Below the pieces are notes generated by a model. It was not told the origin of the DNA and did not search any database. It saw only the letters and a list, made by a program, of their open reading frames with translations. The position numbers and the translations under genes were made by a program. From Atractiella rhizophila (Eukaryota): a stretch of 64,000 nt of DNA. Within the stretch, counting starts at the first letter, position 1, and the number at the start of each line of letters is the position of its first letter. The DNA lies in NCBI GenBank assembly GCA_021432655.1, contig MU271321.1, positions 1-64,000 on the forward strand, read 5' to 3'. Positions 50,847 through 64,000 of the stretch are shown in pieces.

Positions 50847-52546
50847 ATGATCGAGCGTCAAACACTCATTGTTTGTGAAGAGTCTCAGGAACATGACTTG
50901 ACCGCACTTGTTCACCTCATCACCCCCACAAAATGGAGCACTTCTCTCCAACTGTCCATTCTCCCCTCTTTCCTATCTCACCTATCTCCCTCAATTCACA
51001 CGCTGCAGATCACTTTTATCTTACCTCTCGGATTCACGGATGAGGCTCCTGCAGCAATGACCGCAAAATTGTCCTATTTCTCTCTTCGACATCTCCAAAA
51101 TGAAGCCGAAACTGATGGCGTAGCAAATCTTTACATCGCCCTCAACTTGAAAATTGTTACAGTGGTGGGACGACCTCCTCGTGAAAATTCGGACAATATA
51201 CCACCCGACATGAGGCTCTTTACCTGCTCATTTGCTCTCCTTCAAGAGAATCGGCATCGGTCTATCTCCATCCCCGTCGCCATATGCTCCGGAGTGAACA
51301 AGCACTTTGTCTCTATCAGTGATGACGTACCAGCTGCCCACAAATCCCTCCATCATCACACTGCAGCCATAGTACAACTCTCGCTCTGTCTGACTTCAAC
51401 AGCCATTTTCCGCCCCATATCCGGCGTGCCGATCGAGCTCCTCTCTCTCATCTTTGATCTCCTCACCGCGCGTGAAACGGAGGACTATCTCGCCGGATAC
51501 GAAGCAACTGCTGTTCTCTCTGATGTGTGTCAACTCTGGAGGTTCGCTTCAGCTGCATATTGGGACGAGCCGAATTATGCCAGAGGGAAGCTTGCCCGCT
51601 TGAAGAGGTATCCGGTGCTGGACGTTTGTGGAGAGTACTAAGGTTAGACGAAGATATCAGCGTTGCGATGGTGAACAAGGTCATCGTGGGCTCGCCAAAT
51701 GTTACGCAAGTTTATGTGGATGCCTTTTGGAATGAAGAAGAGGCGAACATCGTGTTGAATGCGATTGAAGGCTTGAAAGCAGTGGAGGAGGTCACTTTTG
51801 GAAATATGGGTTTGAGGAAGTGGAGGAATGAGGAAGTGGAGAGCTTTACACGGAGGATGAGTGCGAGGATCAGAAAGCTCAATGCTTGTATGGTCGAGTA
51901 CTCTGCTTCTTGCTCCTCTGTCCATTCGGCGTTAGGAGGTTTTCAATTACCTCCCGGGATTGTCTCCCTCAAGCTTCAAACATACCCGCCTCTGTCATTC
52001 CTCTCGCTCCCACCCACACTCCTGGACCTCACTCTCGCCAATTCGTGTCCCCTCCCTGCCTCCATCTCGGGATTGCATCTACCACCTCTCCTAGAGACTC
52101 TTTTGCTCAGGCTCACCCCCTTTTCGACGAGTGGAAGTATCTCCGTTCTACCCACCCCACTCGACTTGTCACACCTTAAACAACTAACCTCCCTCTTCCT
52201 TGACGGTGGCGAGGAGACTTCAAACCTAGTTCCTTATCAATTCTTCAGAACTCTCAAAACTGCGCAGGCGATAGAAAGTATAGAGCTTCTGTGCTGTATG
52301 GTGGACTGGATTGACTTCCCAGAATTTATCCTCTGGTTCTTTGGAGATCGGCAAGGGAGAGGGCTTGCAACTGAGGCCGAATTTGACGAGGGCAGGAGAG
52401 GATTCGTTTTGCGTGTTCACTTATTCTTTGGAGCATGGGTGGACGAACAGATAAAAATTGCCAGGGGGATAATGAGACGGTGTGGTGTGAGTGAGTGCGA
52501 TGAAAGAGCAAAAGTTTGGGACCAGTGGGACTCGGATGACAACTGA
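50847..52546 (+). pseudogene. F-box/LRR-like family copy 4 with a single 1-nt frameshift at ~51613
   Basis: ORFs 50763-51641 and 51527-52546 join at LKRYP/GAGRLW if one G is restored; otherwise colinear with copy 1. Confidence 0.7.
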
Positions 52547-53355
52547 TGCGGAACACTAACACAGACTCCTAACGTACACGGATGTGACAGCATTTTACTC
52601 CCAACTGGGTCAGAGCTCTGTCCTGACAGGTTCAAGCTGCGAGCTGTACTAATACCGCTATGTGGGCTATCAACAGGCTTTCGACTGCTACGAATAGCTG
52701 CACAGGTTGTCATACGTGACATTTGATTGTAAGGTGAAAGAGCTGTCCGTCAATCTGTCAGAGTCCCTGCCTTTCTGTTTACTTTCCTTATGCTATCCTG
52801 CTTATTATCACCGAATGCCTCTCAGGTATTGGGAAGAGAAATTTGTACGAAATAATGATGAGGCAGTCTCGACGGAGTTAATTACACACGATACCAACAA
52901 CACAATGGATCGTTGCTTTCCATTCCAACTTCCTCACTCTTGTTAGTTCTGGAGACTACCGTGACTGAGGAGACAGATACATGTCTGTACAGTCGCGAGG
53001 ATTTGACGTGCAAATCATGATGCCGGGCACCACAGGGCTATGAACCACCAAGCGCTTCCTTGCCAAGGCGGATGGCGAAACCTTGGGCGTAGAACTGGTG
53101 TGAAAAGAATGTATTTCCCCTCTCACAAGTTGGCAAGACGAATAGCCGCAAGAATTTTAAGTTGAACTGGGCTGCCTTGTGTTTACTGACAAAGCTGAAA
53201 ATAGAAAGGTCTGCACTCACCAGCACAATGTCTACGATTACACCTTATTACGACTCATTCAGGGACCAGAATGATGAGTGTGATGAACCGACGTGCAATA
53301 CATCGTATGGCACTCATTAGCCCAAGCATCTAGAATCAAGCGCCCTCTAATTCCA

Positions 53356-55297
53356 CTACGTGGAATATGGATCGTAATGCATAAACGCCACACCGTGGCT
53401 CTGGAAGATACTTTTCCACCGTTGGACTTCTTCCTCTGGAGAGCGGGCAAAAAGGATCGCAGCCATCTCACAAATATTCAGAGTGGAAAGGGGTAAGGAA
53501 GCACAAATAAGCGTGGAAAGCCACAAGGGGAAATCGACCGAAGTCCCTGATATTGCGTCGATAATCAGCGTGTGCAGCGCAGGTGTAAAAAATCCATTCG
53601 ATCCGTGGTCCCAAGCTGAAAGACCCAAATAGCTGAGGCCAAGGATGTTCAAATTTCCACATTCCAAGAGTAGGGCATAGAATTCGTTACAATGCGAACT
53701 CCTCAAGCTTGTTTTTGTCATGTCAGGATCAATACTGTTTTCTCTGCCTGACAGCCGCAAGCTTCTTAGCGACCGTTTGACTGTTCTGAGCAGTGGAAAC
53801 AAGAGTTTGTCAGTTCTGTGATCCAAGAGAGCCAGTTGGAGAACTTGAAGAGAGGGAAACAGGTCAAGTCCAAGATCATGAACAAGGATGTCTTGTATTG
53901 TTGTGACATTTTGCTTATGATTGGTGACCTGGGCAGGCATCCGAATGGAGGTGAGGCCTATAGGAAGCAGTGGCACATCGGGAAGAATATCCTTGCCAGA
54001 AAGAGAGGAATACTGCTGGGAATACCTGCGCCATGCATCGGAATTAGCTCCGAACCATCCGCAGCGTGCACCATCTCCAAAGAGTTCCAATGTCGTAATA
54101 CGAGGATATTTTTGAAGGATAGAAGCCAAAAAACCGGGTTTGTCGTTCCAAACTTGGATGTGACGCAATGCGCTAAAAGCAAATGTCCTGTTAATGTTTG
54201 GATCACTCGGACTGGGTTCGCATTGAAAGTGAAAAGGACTCCAAAAAGTGAGGGTTTGAACATTCTTGCAGAGATAGCACAGTTTGGCGAGAGAAAGGTT
54301 GTTAGTACGGGCAGTAGGGTTAAACAACATTTTTGAAGATGTGGCGATGTCGAAGTCTCCGAGTTGAATTTGCAGGTGCTTGACAGAGGGAGCGTAAGTG
54401 GGATAAAGGTCCAAGTATTGAATCAGTACGTCTACATCCATGAAAGTGCGCAATCCCGGTGGCATTCCACACAAAAGATGCCTGATCTGTAGAACATCAT
54501 GTTAGTTAGTCAGAAATATAGTTAAGGACTTACAATGGGTTGTATGTGTCTTGATAAGTGAAGTAGGGCATAGCTTTGATCGCTCCAACCGTCCACCACA
54601 AATGAGAAAATTGAAATAAGTACCTCCGTAGGAAGACTTTCCAATGGAGACATATGACTCGAAGACCCCGACTGAGGAGCACTTGTTGCTTGCCCATCTT
54701 GCTCGATCATGCATAAGCGTGATGGAAAGGCTGCTTTCGTTGCTGGTGAGCGGAGGTTATTACAAAAGTTTTCATCAAACAGTTTGAATAGCCGCCTAGA
54801 TTCCAGCTCAGTTTTGGAAACAACCATGCGAGATGTGAGATTGCACGTACTGTAGGCTGGAAGGTTCGAATTGGAAGGACTCAAACGGGGCGGAAGTAAC
54901 GACATCTCGCACAATGTCTCCTGTAGCTGTATCAATGTGAGTTTTGATATCGAGGACTTGAGTTGCAGTTTCTGTCCAAAAATTTCTGAAGATACTCTCG
55001 TCAATTGAACCGTCGAATCGAATCTTTGCCTGCCACTGGACAAGCCACTGAGACAATGTCTGCTCTAGGTCTTTCCAGGCTGCTCTGGCTAAATGAATCC
55101 CTTCTTCAGGAAAGTTCTGTGCTGTAAAGGCGTGCGTTTCTCCCGCCACTGTAGCCATCGCATGAGAGATTGAGATATAAAGGTCGTTTCGTTCCAACGT
55201 CACAAAACCAAAACTTCAAAATTAATTCAGAACCTGACTGTCGATAAGTTTGCACATCAAGATTTGGCCCAAGGTCTAGTTCTGCGGGGGCGGACAA
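53356..55297 (-). CDS. F-box/LRR (RNI-like) protein unrelated to the four-copy family, multi-exon
   Basis: F-box LESLPTEVLISIFSF; repeats VKHLQI, LRHIQV, ITTLEL, FPSLQVLQL, LRSLRL, CGNLNILGL, LHTLII. 5' end uncertain. Confidence 0.65.
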
Positions 55298-56778
55298 TAG
55301 TCATCATTACCAGCACCATCTCCGTTTTATGGTTGTGGACTCTTATCTGTACCTGCTCCGCCAGGGAGGATAGATCAATGAGAGAGAACGTTGGGTGGAT
55401 GTTCACTTCACTTCGCTCGACCGGACGACACTTAAGATTAACGCAGATAAAAGCTGCCAGTAGACAACATCTTTTTACTGTTCCACTCGTTCATGTCTCG
55501 CAACATTGCTCAGGATCGGTAGCAGCTGTTTGGCCTTCGGTGGATAATCTGATGTCTGATGCCTTTCACGGTCAAATCATCGTGTTGAATTTCGTGCGTC
55601 CTCTTCCACTGATGGATCCAAAACGCTCAACCTCTGAAGAACGCGAACATTGCCATTGCTGGTGGAGAGACACCAGCACCTGTTGTACCAGTTATGCCTC
55701 CACTACCTCTGCCGCTCCCATCTGTCATGGAGGATGCGGAGGTTAAGGGGTTGTGTAAAGGGAAGTTGCCAGGTGCTATTCCAATGGGATGGATTGATCC
55801 AGAGGATTTGATGTAGGCTCTGATGAAGGCTCTGATGTAGGTGTGGAACCTGATTGAGGAGCAGGAGTTAACGGCGGAAAGGGAGAAACGAAGTGAGACG
55901 TGGGAGGCAGGAGCATGGATGAGGCAGGAAACCTTGTTGAGGAACGAGCAGAAGGCTTTTCGATCGCCTCGTCCCTACTTTGTCTTTCGAGTACACGGGG
56001 ATGGACGGGAGGATGGCCTGCCAAGGATTTTCTGGAAGGAGAGAAAAGAGTGAAGGGCTCCCACAGATACTCTGAATCGCCAAGCTGCCACGTTTTACTA
56101 TTCCCGAAGGATTCTGGTAGCTTCGCGAGAAGTGTGCACGGTTCCGGCAGTGCGTTAATCGTGTTGGCAGGTAGTAGGAGGAAAGCGAAGAAGAATGCTT
56201 ACCAGTCAACTGTAGCGACTGTGACTGTGGGCAAGGCGTTCTGGAGTAGAAGACGGCAGAGGGGAATCGCGAAGTGCGATATTACGAGCCATGTGAGAGA
56301 GTTTGGACTGAGAGGAAAGCTGCTCTGAAAGTTAGAGCGAGATAGGAGGGAGGGGTGAAAGTGGAGCTGTGTTGTCAGGTCAGTAGTAAGGCCAGTACCC
56401 GCGGTTAGTGAATCCTATTCAAAACGAAAGTCATGCCCAGGCTCATGAAGGGATGAAGCTAGACATACTGTCACGAAGACGATGTTACTGAACGGAACTA
56501 GGTTTAGCACTTCGTGATGTGCAGAAACATACTCACAGGAAGAGCTGGATAGACTCAGATGCCAGTGAGGAGGACAATGACAGTTGCCATCGAACCCTAT
56601 CGGAGGACCACTGTCGGGGAAGGTCAGAGTAACAGAATGTTCAGCCTTGATTTCCAGTCCTTCAAGAACTTGGTTTGACGAGTTGATGATTAGGTAATGA
56701 ACTAAGATGATTAATGGTACAGGATAAAATACATCTAAAAAGAAGGCAAACAACTGCTGGATTTGAACAAAGTTCACA

Positions 56779-59619
56779 CTACCGAGAATGATTACTTCTA
56801 CTCTCCCATCCTTTGAAAGGATTATTACTACCCAAAATTTCCTCACTCCTGCTGGTCCCTCCTGTCCACTGTGGTCGCAACGGTGCATTGAGCGTGTTCC
56901 TCGTTACAATCGGGGTCACAGAATAATACAATTGTTGACTAAGTCTTTGATTCGTAGGAGGTGAAAGAGGAGACTTCATGTCGGCGGAGTCGAGAGCATT
57001 CGGCTTCCAGCTGGAACGCAAAGGCGCTTCTGAGAGTTTCGGTTGACCCTGTGAAGATGGACGTCGGAATCCTGGAAGCGGGACTGGAGTGAGAGGAACC
57101 TCTTCCATTTCCCTTGTCCTTTCCCCATCTCCAGTCTCACTGGCGTGAGCACTAACCACATCAGGGGGCATCTTCTTCCTCAATTTTGACGCCACGCTCC
57201 CCCCTACTCCACCCAGCCCAAAGAATCGCATCTTCCATCCTCCTTTATTGTTCTCCATTCTCTCCCGAAACCTCGCTGTCTCCTGCTTCCGCTGCTTCTT
57301 ATTCTTCCTTCTCCATAGAACCAAAGCAAGGAGCAGTAGAGGAATGATCAGGAGCGCGAGGAGTCCCAGCAAAGAATCCGATCCGGTAGAGCTGGACGAC
57401 GAAGGTGGATTGGAAACGATCTGCCCAAGAGATTCGAGGCAAACATTGAAGACTTCCACCGTCTTTTCTCCACCCTCACAATTGGCATCCACGCATCTTC
57501 CGTCCTGCAACACCTTTCCATCCCCACAAGATAGACACTGATCATTTTGCCCTCCCCAAGCCGTCGCACATTCCACACTGATTGCCTTGCATCCACCGTT
57601 CGGATCGAAAAACTCGTTGGCGGTGCAGGTCTGGACACAGCTCCCGTTTGGTGTGAGAACCGGGCGAGAAGGAGGACATGAGGAGCACTGGTCGAAAGCT
57701 CCTGAACATGTAGCGCAATCAGGATGGCATTTCTCGCATGTCGGGCTGATCGCTTGCTGGGTCGTGGATGTAGAGTTCGTGATAGATGAGGAGTTGGTTG
57801 AAGGGAAGAAAGAGTTGGGGCAAGAGGCAACGCACGTTCCGCTCAGGATCACAGCGGTAGTATCCGTGCAACTTAAGCATTTTCCATCTTCGGTACAAGA
57901 AGCACAACCGACCGGACAACTGGTGCACTTGCCATTTGTTCCTCCCACCTCTCCCAGCTTACAACTGCCGCACGAACCATCTCCAGACGATGAGAGAAAA
58001 GTCCCGCCTTGACATTGGGTGCAGATTGCGTCCGAGAACGTCGTTCCAGAGTTGAAATTGGGGATGTTGCCCGCAGTACAGTTTGCAGGTAAGGGTTGAC
58101 ATTCTTGTTCAGCGTTATCGAAGACCCATGTCCCTTCCCTTGCACCAGAGGGGAGAGCAGAGGCATCACAGATCCCTGTCGCCTGATCCACAGCCACGCA
58201 TGTGCCTGCTAAGATTCCCCGAGGCGAAGCACAAGTAACGCATTGATCGCTGGATGCTCCAAAGCAGGTGGAACAGACAGGGGAGCAGGGGTCGCAGGTT
58301 CCTGTGGCAGGATTGTGGAAGGAACCGTTCGGACAGGTGGTGAACGAATTTGTCGTCGAATTTGGAGCGATGAACGGCGCCGGTTCACAAGTGGTGGGAT
58401 CACGGGATGAGGTTTGGAAGCCAGTAGCGCAGGAAAGGCAGGTGCCGGTTTGAGGAGAGCATGAGAGACATCCCGGAGTGCAAGCTAGATCATCCCATGC
58501 ATTAGCAAAAATAGTCCTTTCTCTACATTGGGCAGTAGGAGAACAAACCTTGACATGATCCCTCCGTCGTCAGAAAATACCCCTGTTCGCACACACTGCA
58601 TTTAGGGCCAGGGCCACCAGCGTCTTGCCAGCCAGCATTGCAATTGCATACCCCGTTTGAAGCACACACTCCATGAAAACACCCACACTGTTCCATCGGC
58701 GTCGTCTGCGTAATGTTCCCCGTGGCTCCAGTAGAGAGAGGACATGAACCATCGCCTGTGATGCCATCCTGACAACTAGTGGGGCAATCCGCTGGGCATG
58801 GCGCGCAAGATGGACCGAAATGGTTTGGAAGGCAAGAAGCGCAGTTGGAGCCGGTGAAGTTGGGGAGACAGGTGCAGTCGTTGCTATTTGAAGAGCAGAA
58901 GCCGCCAGATGCGCATTGAGTTGTACAAGTCGCTGTGCAACGAAAGAAGCAGAGAGAGTCAGTCTAGCTTCACTTCTGGGAGAAAGGAAGGAGGACGACT
59001 CACTGCTTTGCACGTCTAGTAAAGTCGCGGAGGACGCTCCTAGCCCGAAGGAGGCAATTGACTCTGCGCTATCCCTCACAACAATTCGTGCCTGTCCGAT
59101 GCTCAAAATAGCTCGTGTCCCTCCTCCTGAGGGAAGGAGGAACGATTCAACTTCCCCCGTATCCGTAACGTTGATCGCAGGACTGACAACTTTCGTCGCT
59201 CCGCTCCATCCCTGCGCCGCATAGGACACAAATACGGGTTCCAATTGTACTGCGACGCTCCCACCTCCTTCTTGAAGGGTAGTAACATTGTTGGAGACAT
59301 CGAATCCGCCGCTGACGGAGAGAGGGGAAGAAAGAAACGCCGCAATAGGCGAAGGAGAGGCGGGAGAAAGTGGATATGACCCAGGGAGAAGAGTGAGCGT
59401 TGCATTTGGGGAGGAGGCTTGTATTCCGAACGAGGGAAGGGAGGAGACGTTCACGCAGTTGGACGGGGAGCAGAGGATATTAGAGGAGTCGTTATTATTG
59501 TTGTTGGACGTGTTCGAGCCGGTCGAAGAAGGAACATCGTCTTGTGGAGCGGGTGTCGGGAGAGCTGTAATGCTCTGGAAATGCAGAAGTGCGATGAAAG
59601 GGAAGATACTGTTGAGCAT
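56779..59619 (-). CDS. type I membrane protein with EGF-like and furin-like Cys-rich repeats, multi-exon
   Basis: Signal peptide MLNSIFPFIALLHF; repeats CTSCPVGCASC..CLSC and CEKCHPDCATCSG..CSSC; TM LLGLLALLIIPLLLLALVLW-RRK; cytoplasmic tail. Confidence 0.85.
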
Positions 59620-61341
59620 ATCAGTTGGCAGCTCCTTAAGGCTTGTCGAATGCAAAGTCAGGCCGGCTGTTGTTGGTCGTAGAAAGTAAAGCGAAAAGGG
59701 ACAGATTCCGATTGTTGACCAGCCAGCTGACGGATATGAGACACAATGTCCTTTGATTATTAGATTTTGAGGGGCTTTCCTTCGAGTGGAAGACTGCCCG
59801 GCCTTTTTATGGGCGCTAACAAGGGAGCCGCTTCACTGAGGACAAGGAACTCCATCTGGCGTAAGGCTCTAGAACTTCGGCTGAGTTGAAGAAGATGCGA
59901 TGTAAAGCTAAATAATTTTTGATGCCGTCTGCGGTACCGAATAAGGAACAAGGGTGCCCAAAGAGACAAGGAACAAGCAAAATGTCCGAAAGGAAGAGGT
60001 GCCGCTCTCCTTGTTCCCACATGGTATTCGAATTTTGATGACAGCCAAAATAGAAATGAGGGCTATACTCTTTCGCTCACTGCAAGTCCATCTGGCTTAA
60101 ATTTCCTGGGATAAAACGCTATGAAGGTCTGTGCTTATTGACTTGACTTCATTCCGAAAAACAAAGAATAAAGTCAAGCCTTAACTTAACACTCGACTCA
60201 TTGGACACATTCAATCTGGATTTTAAAGTTTTCATATGGGAAGCACAGGGAGCAAGGCAGAACAATGTGTGTTTGTACTCATATGCCTTCACCTCATTCA
60301 TTCCCCTTCGTTCTACCATAGCATGACAACTTGCATGAGGTGTTCGTGACGTCGTAGTGTTAGGGACGTTACGACCTTCAGATTTGATCTTGGATATATC
60401 GATCATGCTGTGCTGTTAACTTTAGCAAGCTGCCGCTCTCAATTAAACTGGACATGATATAACCAAGCAAAAGAAAGGGAGATGTCGACAAGATTTCTAC
60501 ACGAGCTTCTCATGATCATATGGCTAGGTGTGTATGCTCTCCTTTTATACACCCATTCAGCCTTCCTTTTCATTGCAAAAACCAATCAATGAGCAATGTC
60601 ATGGTTAGCGACTTTTGAAACTGCACTCAGTCATCTTTATCAGTACTCCCCAAGCGGGCCAATCCGTAACAAAAGGGCACAGCATGTGTCTCATATCGTC
60701 TTGAATACATTTAGGCGGAGAATGGAATGAGCGAAAGTTTTATCGTGTGTAAGGTGCTATCACTCCAGTCTTGCTTTCCTGCACCACAATTCCTTTTTTA
60801 GAAGTTCAATCTACCTTGTGCTCCGTCGTTGCATCTTGCGCACTTCTCAATCTACAGTACAGCACAATGGTACAACTTCGCTTTCCAGCAGTAGGCATCC
60901 ATGGTCACCTCAGGGATAGTTCCGATCGGACAGGAGTGTAGAAGAACCAATCCATTGTTGAGAACTTCGTGTACGTTTCCTTCCTTCTCCTCATCGCCTG
61001 CTGGCCTGATATTTGGAATCTAGGGCCGCGCCGAGGTTCGTGGTCTGTGGAGATCCCACAGTAACCCGCTCACATCGGTTGAACCGAAGTTCGATTTGTT
61101 GTCCTTCTTGTCGCTCGACGTGATTCATTAATGTCAGCAAAATCCGTGAATGAATACTCCAGACAGAACAATGTCCAGCTATCGAAACGCATTATCATAG
61201 AGCCAGTGTGTTGTTATTGCCATAGTACGACTACACAGACGACGAGCTCTGGTGAGAATACGGCTTGGAATTTGCTGGAACCAATATGCATAAATTACAA
61301 GTCACAAATGGTGAACCCAAGAATGAAGCCAAAATATGCAG

Positions 61342-62191
61342 TCACATGGTAAAACCAGCTGCTCTTAAGCTATCTACCAAACTCTGTCCTGTTCCAATCG
61401 ACTGTGTCGGCGATGACAGCCCCATCTGTCCTTCTGATATTGTTGAATTGGACCCTCCAAGATTAAAGAACGTAGGAACATCCATCCCTGCGTTTCGCAG
61501 AGTATTCAGAAAGTCGATCAACGGATCCCTTGGCTGTTGCGGTTGCTCCATGAACGGGACCGATGGCGCCGTTACGGCTGGATGAGGATGATGGAGGTGC
61601 GAGCGTGAGAAGGATCCTGACGAGGATGTTGAGGAGTCTGAAGGAGATGGCGAGAGTTCTACTCTCTGTTGCCTCTGTAGGGGAAATGAGGAGAGAGTGT
61701 CCCAATCAAGTTGTGGAGGAGCAAGTGGAGTGGATGGGATGGAGGGTCCGAGAGATGGTTTGGGATTCGGGATGGAATTAGAGTGCACGTGTGATTTGAG
61801 ACGGTAACGAGCTAGTTCGCGATCTCGCTCTGCTATTTGTGCGGCGAGATAGGCTACTTCCCGCTTGAGCTCTTCGACTTCAGACGATGTGTTCCCTGTG
61901 CTGTTGCAACCCTCAACGTCTCGCGCGGTTAAGTGCCTGAAGGCTTACGGGACCACGCCATCTTCCCAAACGCATTCGCGGCCTCTCGAGGTGCAAGAGC
62001 TACATTGGGGTTGCCTGCACTCGTTTCAGGCACTTGTGAAAGCGGAAATGGAGGAAAGCGACGAACCGATCACATCGTACCCGTCTCCGTCTACAATACT
62101 CGCAGCTGAGAGCTTGCCGTCTCCTTTTCTTCTTCTCCTCTCCATGCTCGTGTGGTTGGCGGTCTTTAGATGTAGATGCTTGAGTGCTCAT
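61342..62191 (-). CDS. Zn(II)2Cys6 zinc-cluster protein, short
   Basis: KRRRQALSCEYCRRRRVRCDR followed by an intron; coiled-coil and Pro/Ser-rich region. 3' end uncertain. Confidence 0.75.
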
Positions 62192-64000
62192 TGCGATAAT
62201 GGGCGATCTGCTGTTATGGCAAGATATGATGCGGCAACAGAACAGATTCCCTCATCTTTTATAACGTTTGTCCCAACAGTACCCAGCGCAACTCAACCTC
62301 AAGGCGCCGGTCGATCCTTCAAGCTTCATGAATACAAACTGTGGAGGTGGAAAGTGGAGTTACAGAATGAGCAGGGCCAGGGCGACATACAGCAACGAGA
62401 CAGAACAGTAGCGAACCTGATCGGCAGACTGTGGGAGGACATCTTCCCTTCACCGCAAGGTTCTGAAGCTTGTCTTGTCGAAGCGAACAGAAAATCATGG
62501 GCCCGTCTAGAAGGTGGGATTCCACCTTGTTTGCAACTTGTTCCCTTTGTACGTAGTACTCATCTGTACTCATTCATACATTGCTTTCAATGTTAACTGT
62601 TACTAATCTCTCTGGAGGCAGACTGGGAGGCTAGAACAGTCAATCAAAAGTCACTCATAATCAATATTGCATGAATAATGTAGTTATGCAATTGCACAAG
62701 GAAGTACTTTGGAATGCTTCAAAGCTTCAGTAATTTTTGTTCCGAAGTGACAAGGCCCCAGACCACCAAAAAAACCGTGTCCGACTCGGACCAACGCAGC
62801 AACGCAAGACGAGATGAGAGAAGTACAGCAGAAATCGTCTCCATCTATACACAGTGCATAGTACATGTTCTAGCGGTGGTATTGCCTCACCTCAACGGCC
62901 GAGAAGAAAATCTTCCCCAGCCAGTAAGCTGCCGCGGCCCATGTTGATATTTTTGCACTCTTCTGCTGTGATTCAGCAATCCTCCTTGCGCGGACGGTTC
63001 AAATGATGTGGTAATCATTAGTCTAGGTTACTAGAGCTCCCTCACGATGGGAGAGTTAGCTTCTGGCGCCGTCACTCGTCAGCGTAGCGCCTCGATGTTG
63101 CTACTCGATTATGAGTGGAGCTTCAAATTCCGAAGGAGATAAGGGAATGGACTGTATGGTTCGTTGTTCCTTCTCCATAACAACTTCATATCACCGTTGC
63201 TTGAATGAGATGGATTACAGTATCAATTATCAATCGAATTAATACACGGTATGAATAACTTAGAGTTTCTATTAGTATAGAGACCCAAAGACCAAAGCCA
63301 TACTAAATTGTTTCAAAAGCTGGACGGACTATAGACAAGGAGAAACGACCTGGTTTGCGATGTCGAGAATCCCTTCCAATACCGTACACCTCCGATACCA
63401 CATTGCTGGAGAGTAAAGATCGTGGAGGAAAACCGCTGAGAGCTGTTGCTGAACATGGGCTAATGGGATCGGCTCACGACGTAAAACGAGGAGCGCGCAT
63501 GGAAGGGGCCGTGTTCTCACACGGCGGAACCCTTTGTTCACAACAAACGTACAACAACAGGGCGCTCCTGCTTTCATGACTACCAAAGGTTCCCTGCTCA
63601 TGCTTTACTCAGCCATCCTTGGAGGTCTGGATAAGCCTCTCTTTGCCGCTCTTTCCATGCGCATATTTCCGATATGGAGACGATGCTCATGTAACGGAGC
63701 TGACTTGGTTGAATGAGTGGGAGACAAGAACTCTTGACGATTTCTACAAGCAAATGGATTCGAACGCAGATTCTAAAGCTGGCTTTCGGCTGGATATCGC
63801 TTCCGTCCCAATGAGACAAGCTTGGAGCTGTCCTTACGCACCCCACCCACTACTGCAGAAGAGCCACGACACATTCTTTGACACGAAGCTGTGATTCGCC
63901 CATTCAATCATTCAATCGACGAGCAGGAATATCCAGGTTTATAATAGTGATGTGAATTAGGTGTTGGTCAGCTATAGACATTCATTGTTTTCAGGGAGCC

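Noticed and set aside
61865..62596. 243-aa plus-strand ORF and other long shadow ORFs (e.g. 33491-34213, 42812-43378, 44684-45376)
   Set aside because: Antisense or alternate frames of real genes, with no motifs.
63330..63894. Short ORFs near the window end
   Set aside because: No recognisable domain or consistent exon structure.

Overview
Eukaryotic, intron-rich (typically ~45-60 nt GT-AG introns) fungal DNA, most likely basidiomycete. The left ~18 kb is housekeeping-type: alpha-tubulin 3' end, MCR1-like cytochrome b5 reductase, a three-exon DPM2 missed by the ORF track, a zf-4CXXC_R1 protein, a SurE-like phosphatase, a GNAT acetyltransferase, a sugar porter and a single-pass surface protein. 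Two of these genes have atypically long introns (1.1 and 1.9 kb). The ~20-55 kb stretch is accessory and repeat-rich. It holds a four-copy F-box/LRR-like family sharing an unrecognised N-terminal domain (only one copy clearly intact), degenerate LRR-like relics, and a nested TE island at 28951-38239. The island contains a near-intact Ty1/copia element whose 5' LTR carries a 60-nt GT-AG segment absent from the 3' LTR, two inverted related solo LTRs, and a 114-bp TG..CA element carrying tRNA B- and A-box motifs in permuted order. Next come a Crinkler-like NTD-REase-kinase gene, an internally duplicated membrane protein and a cutinase. The right end has a furin-like Cys-rich membrane protein and a short Zn2Cys6 protein. 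All assignments are by-eye motif recognition; no searches were run.
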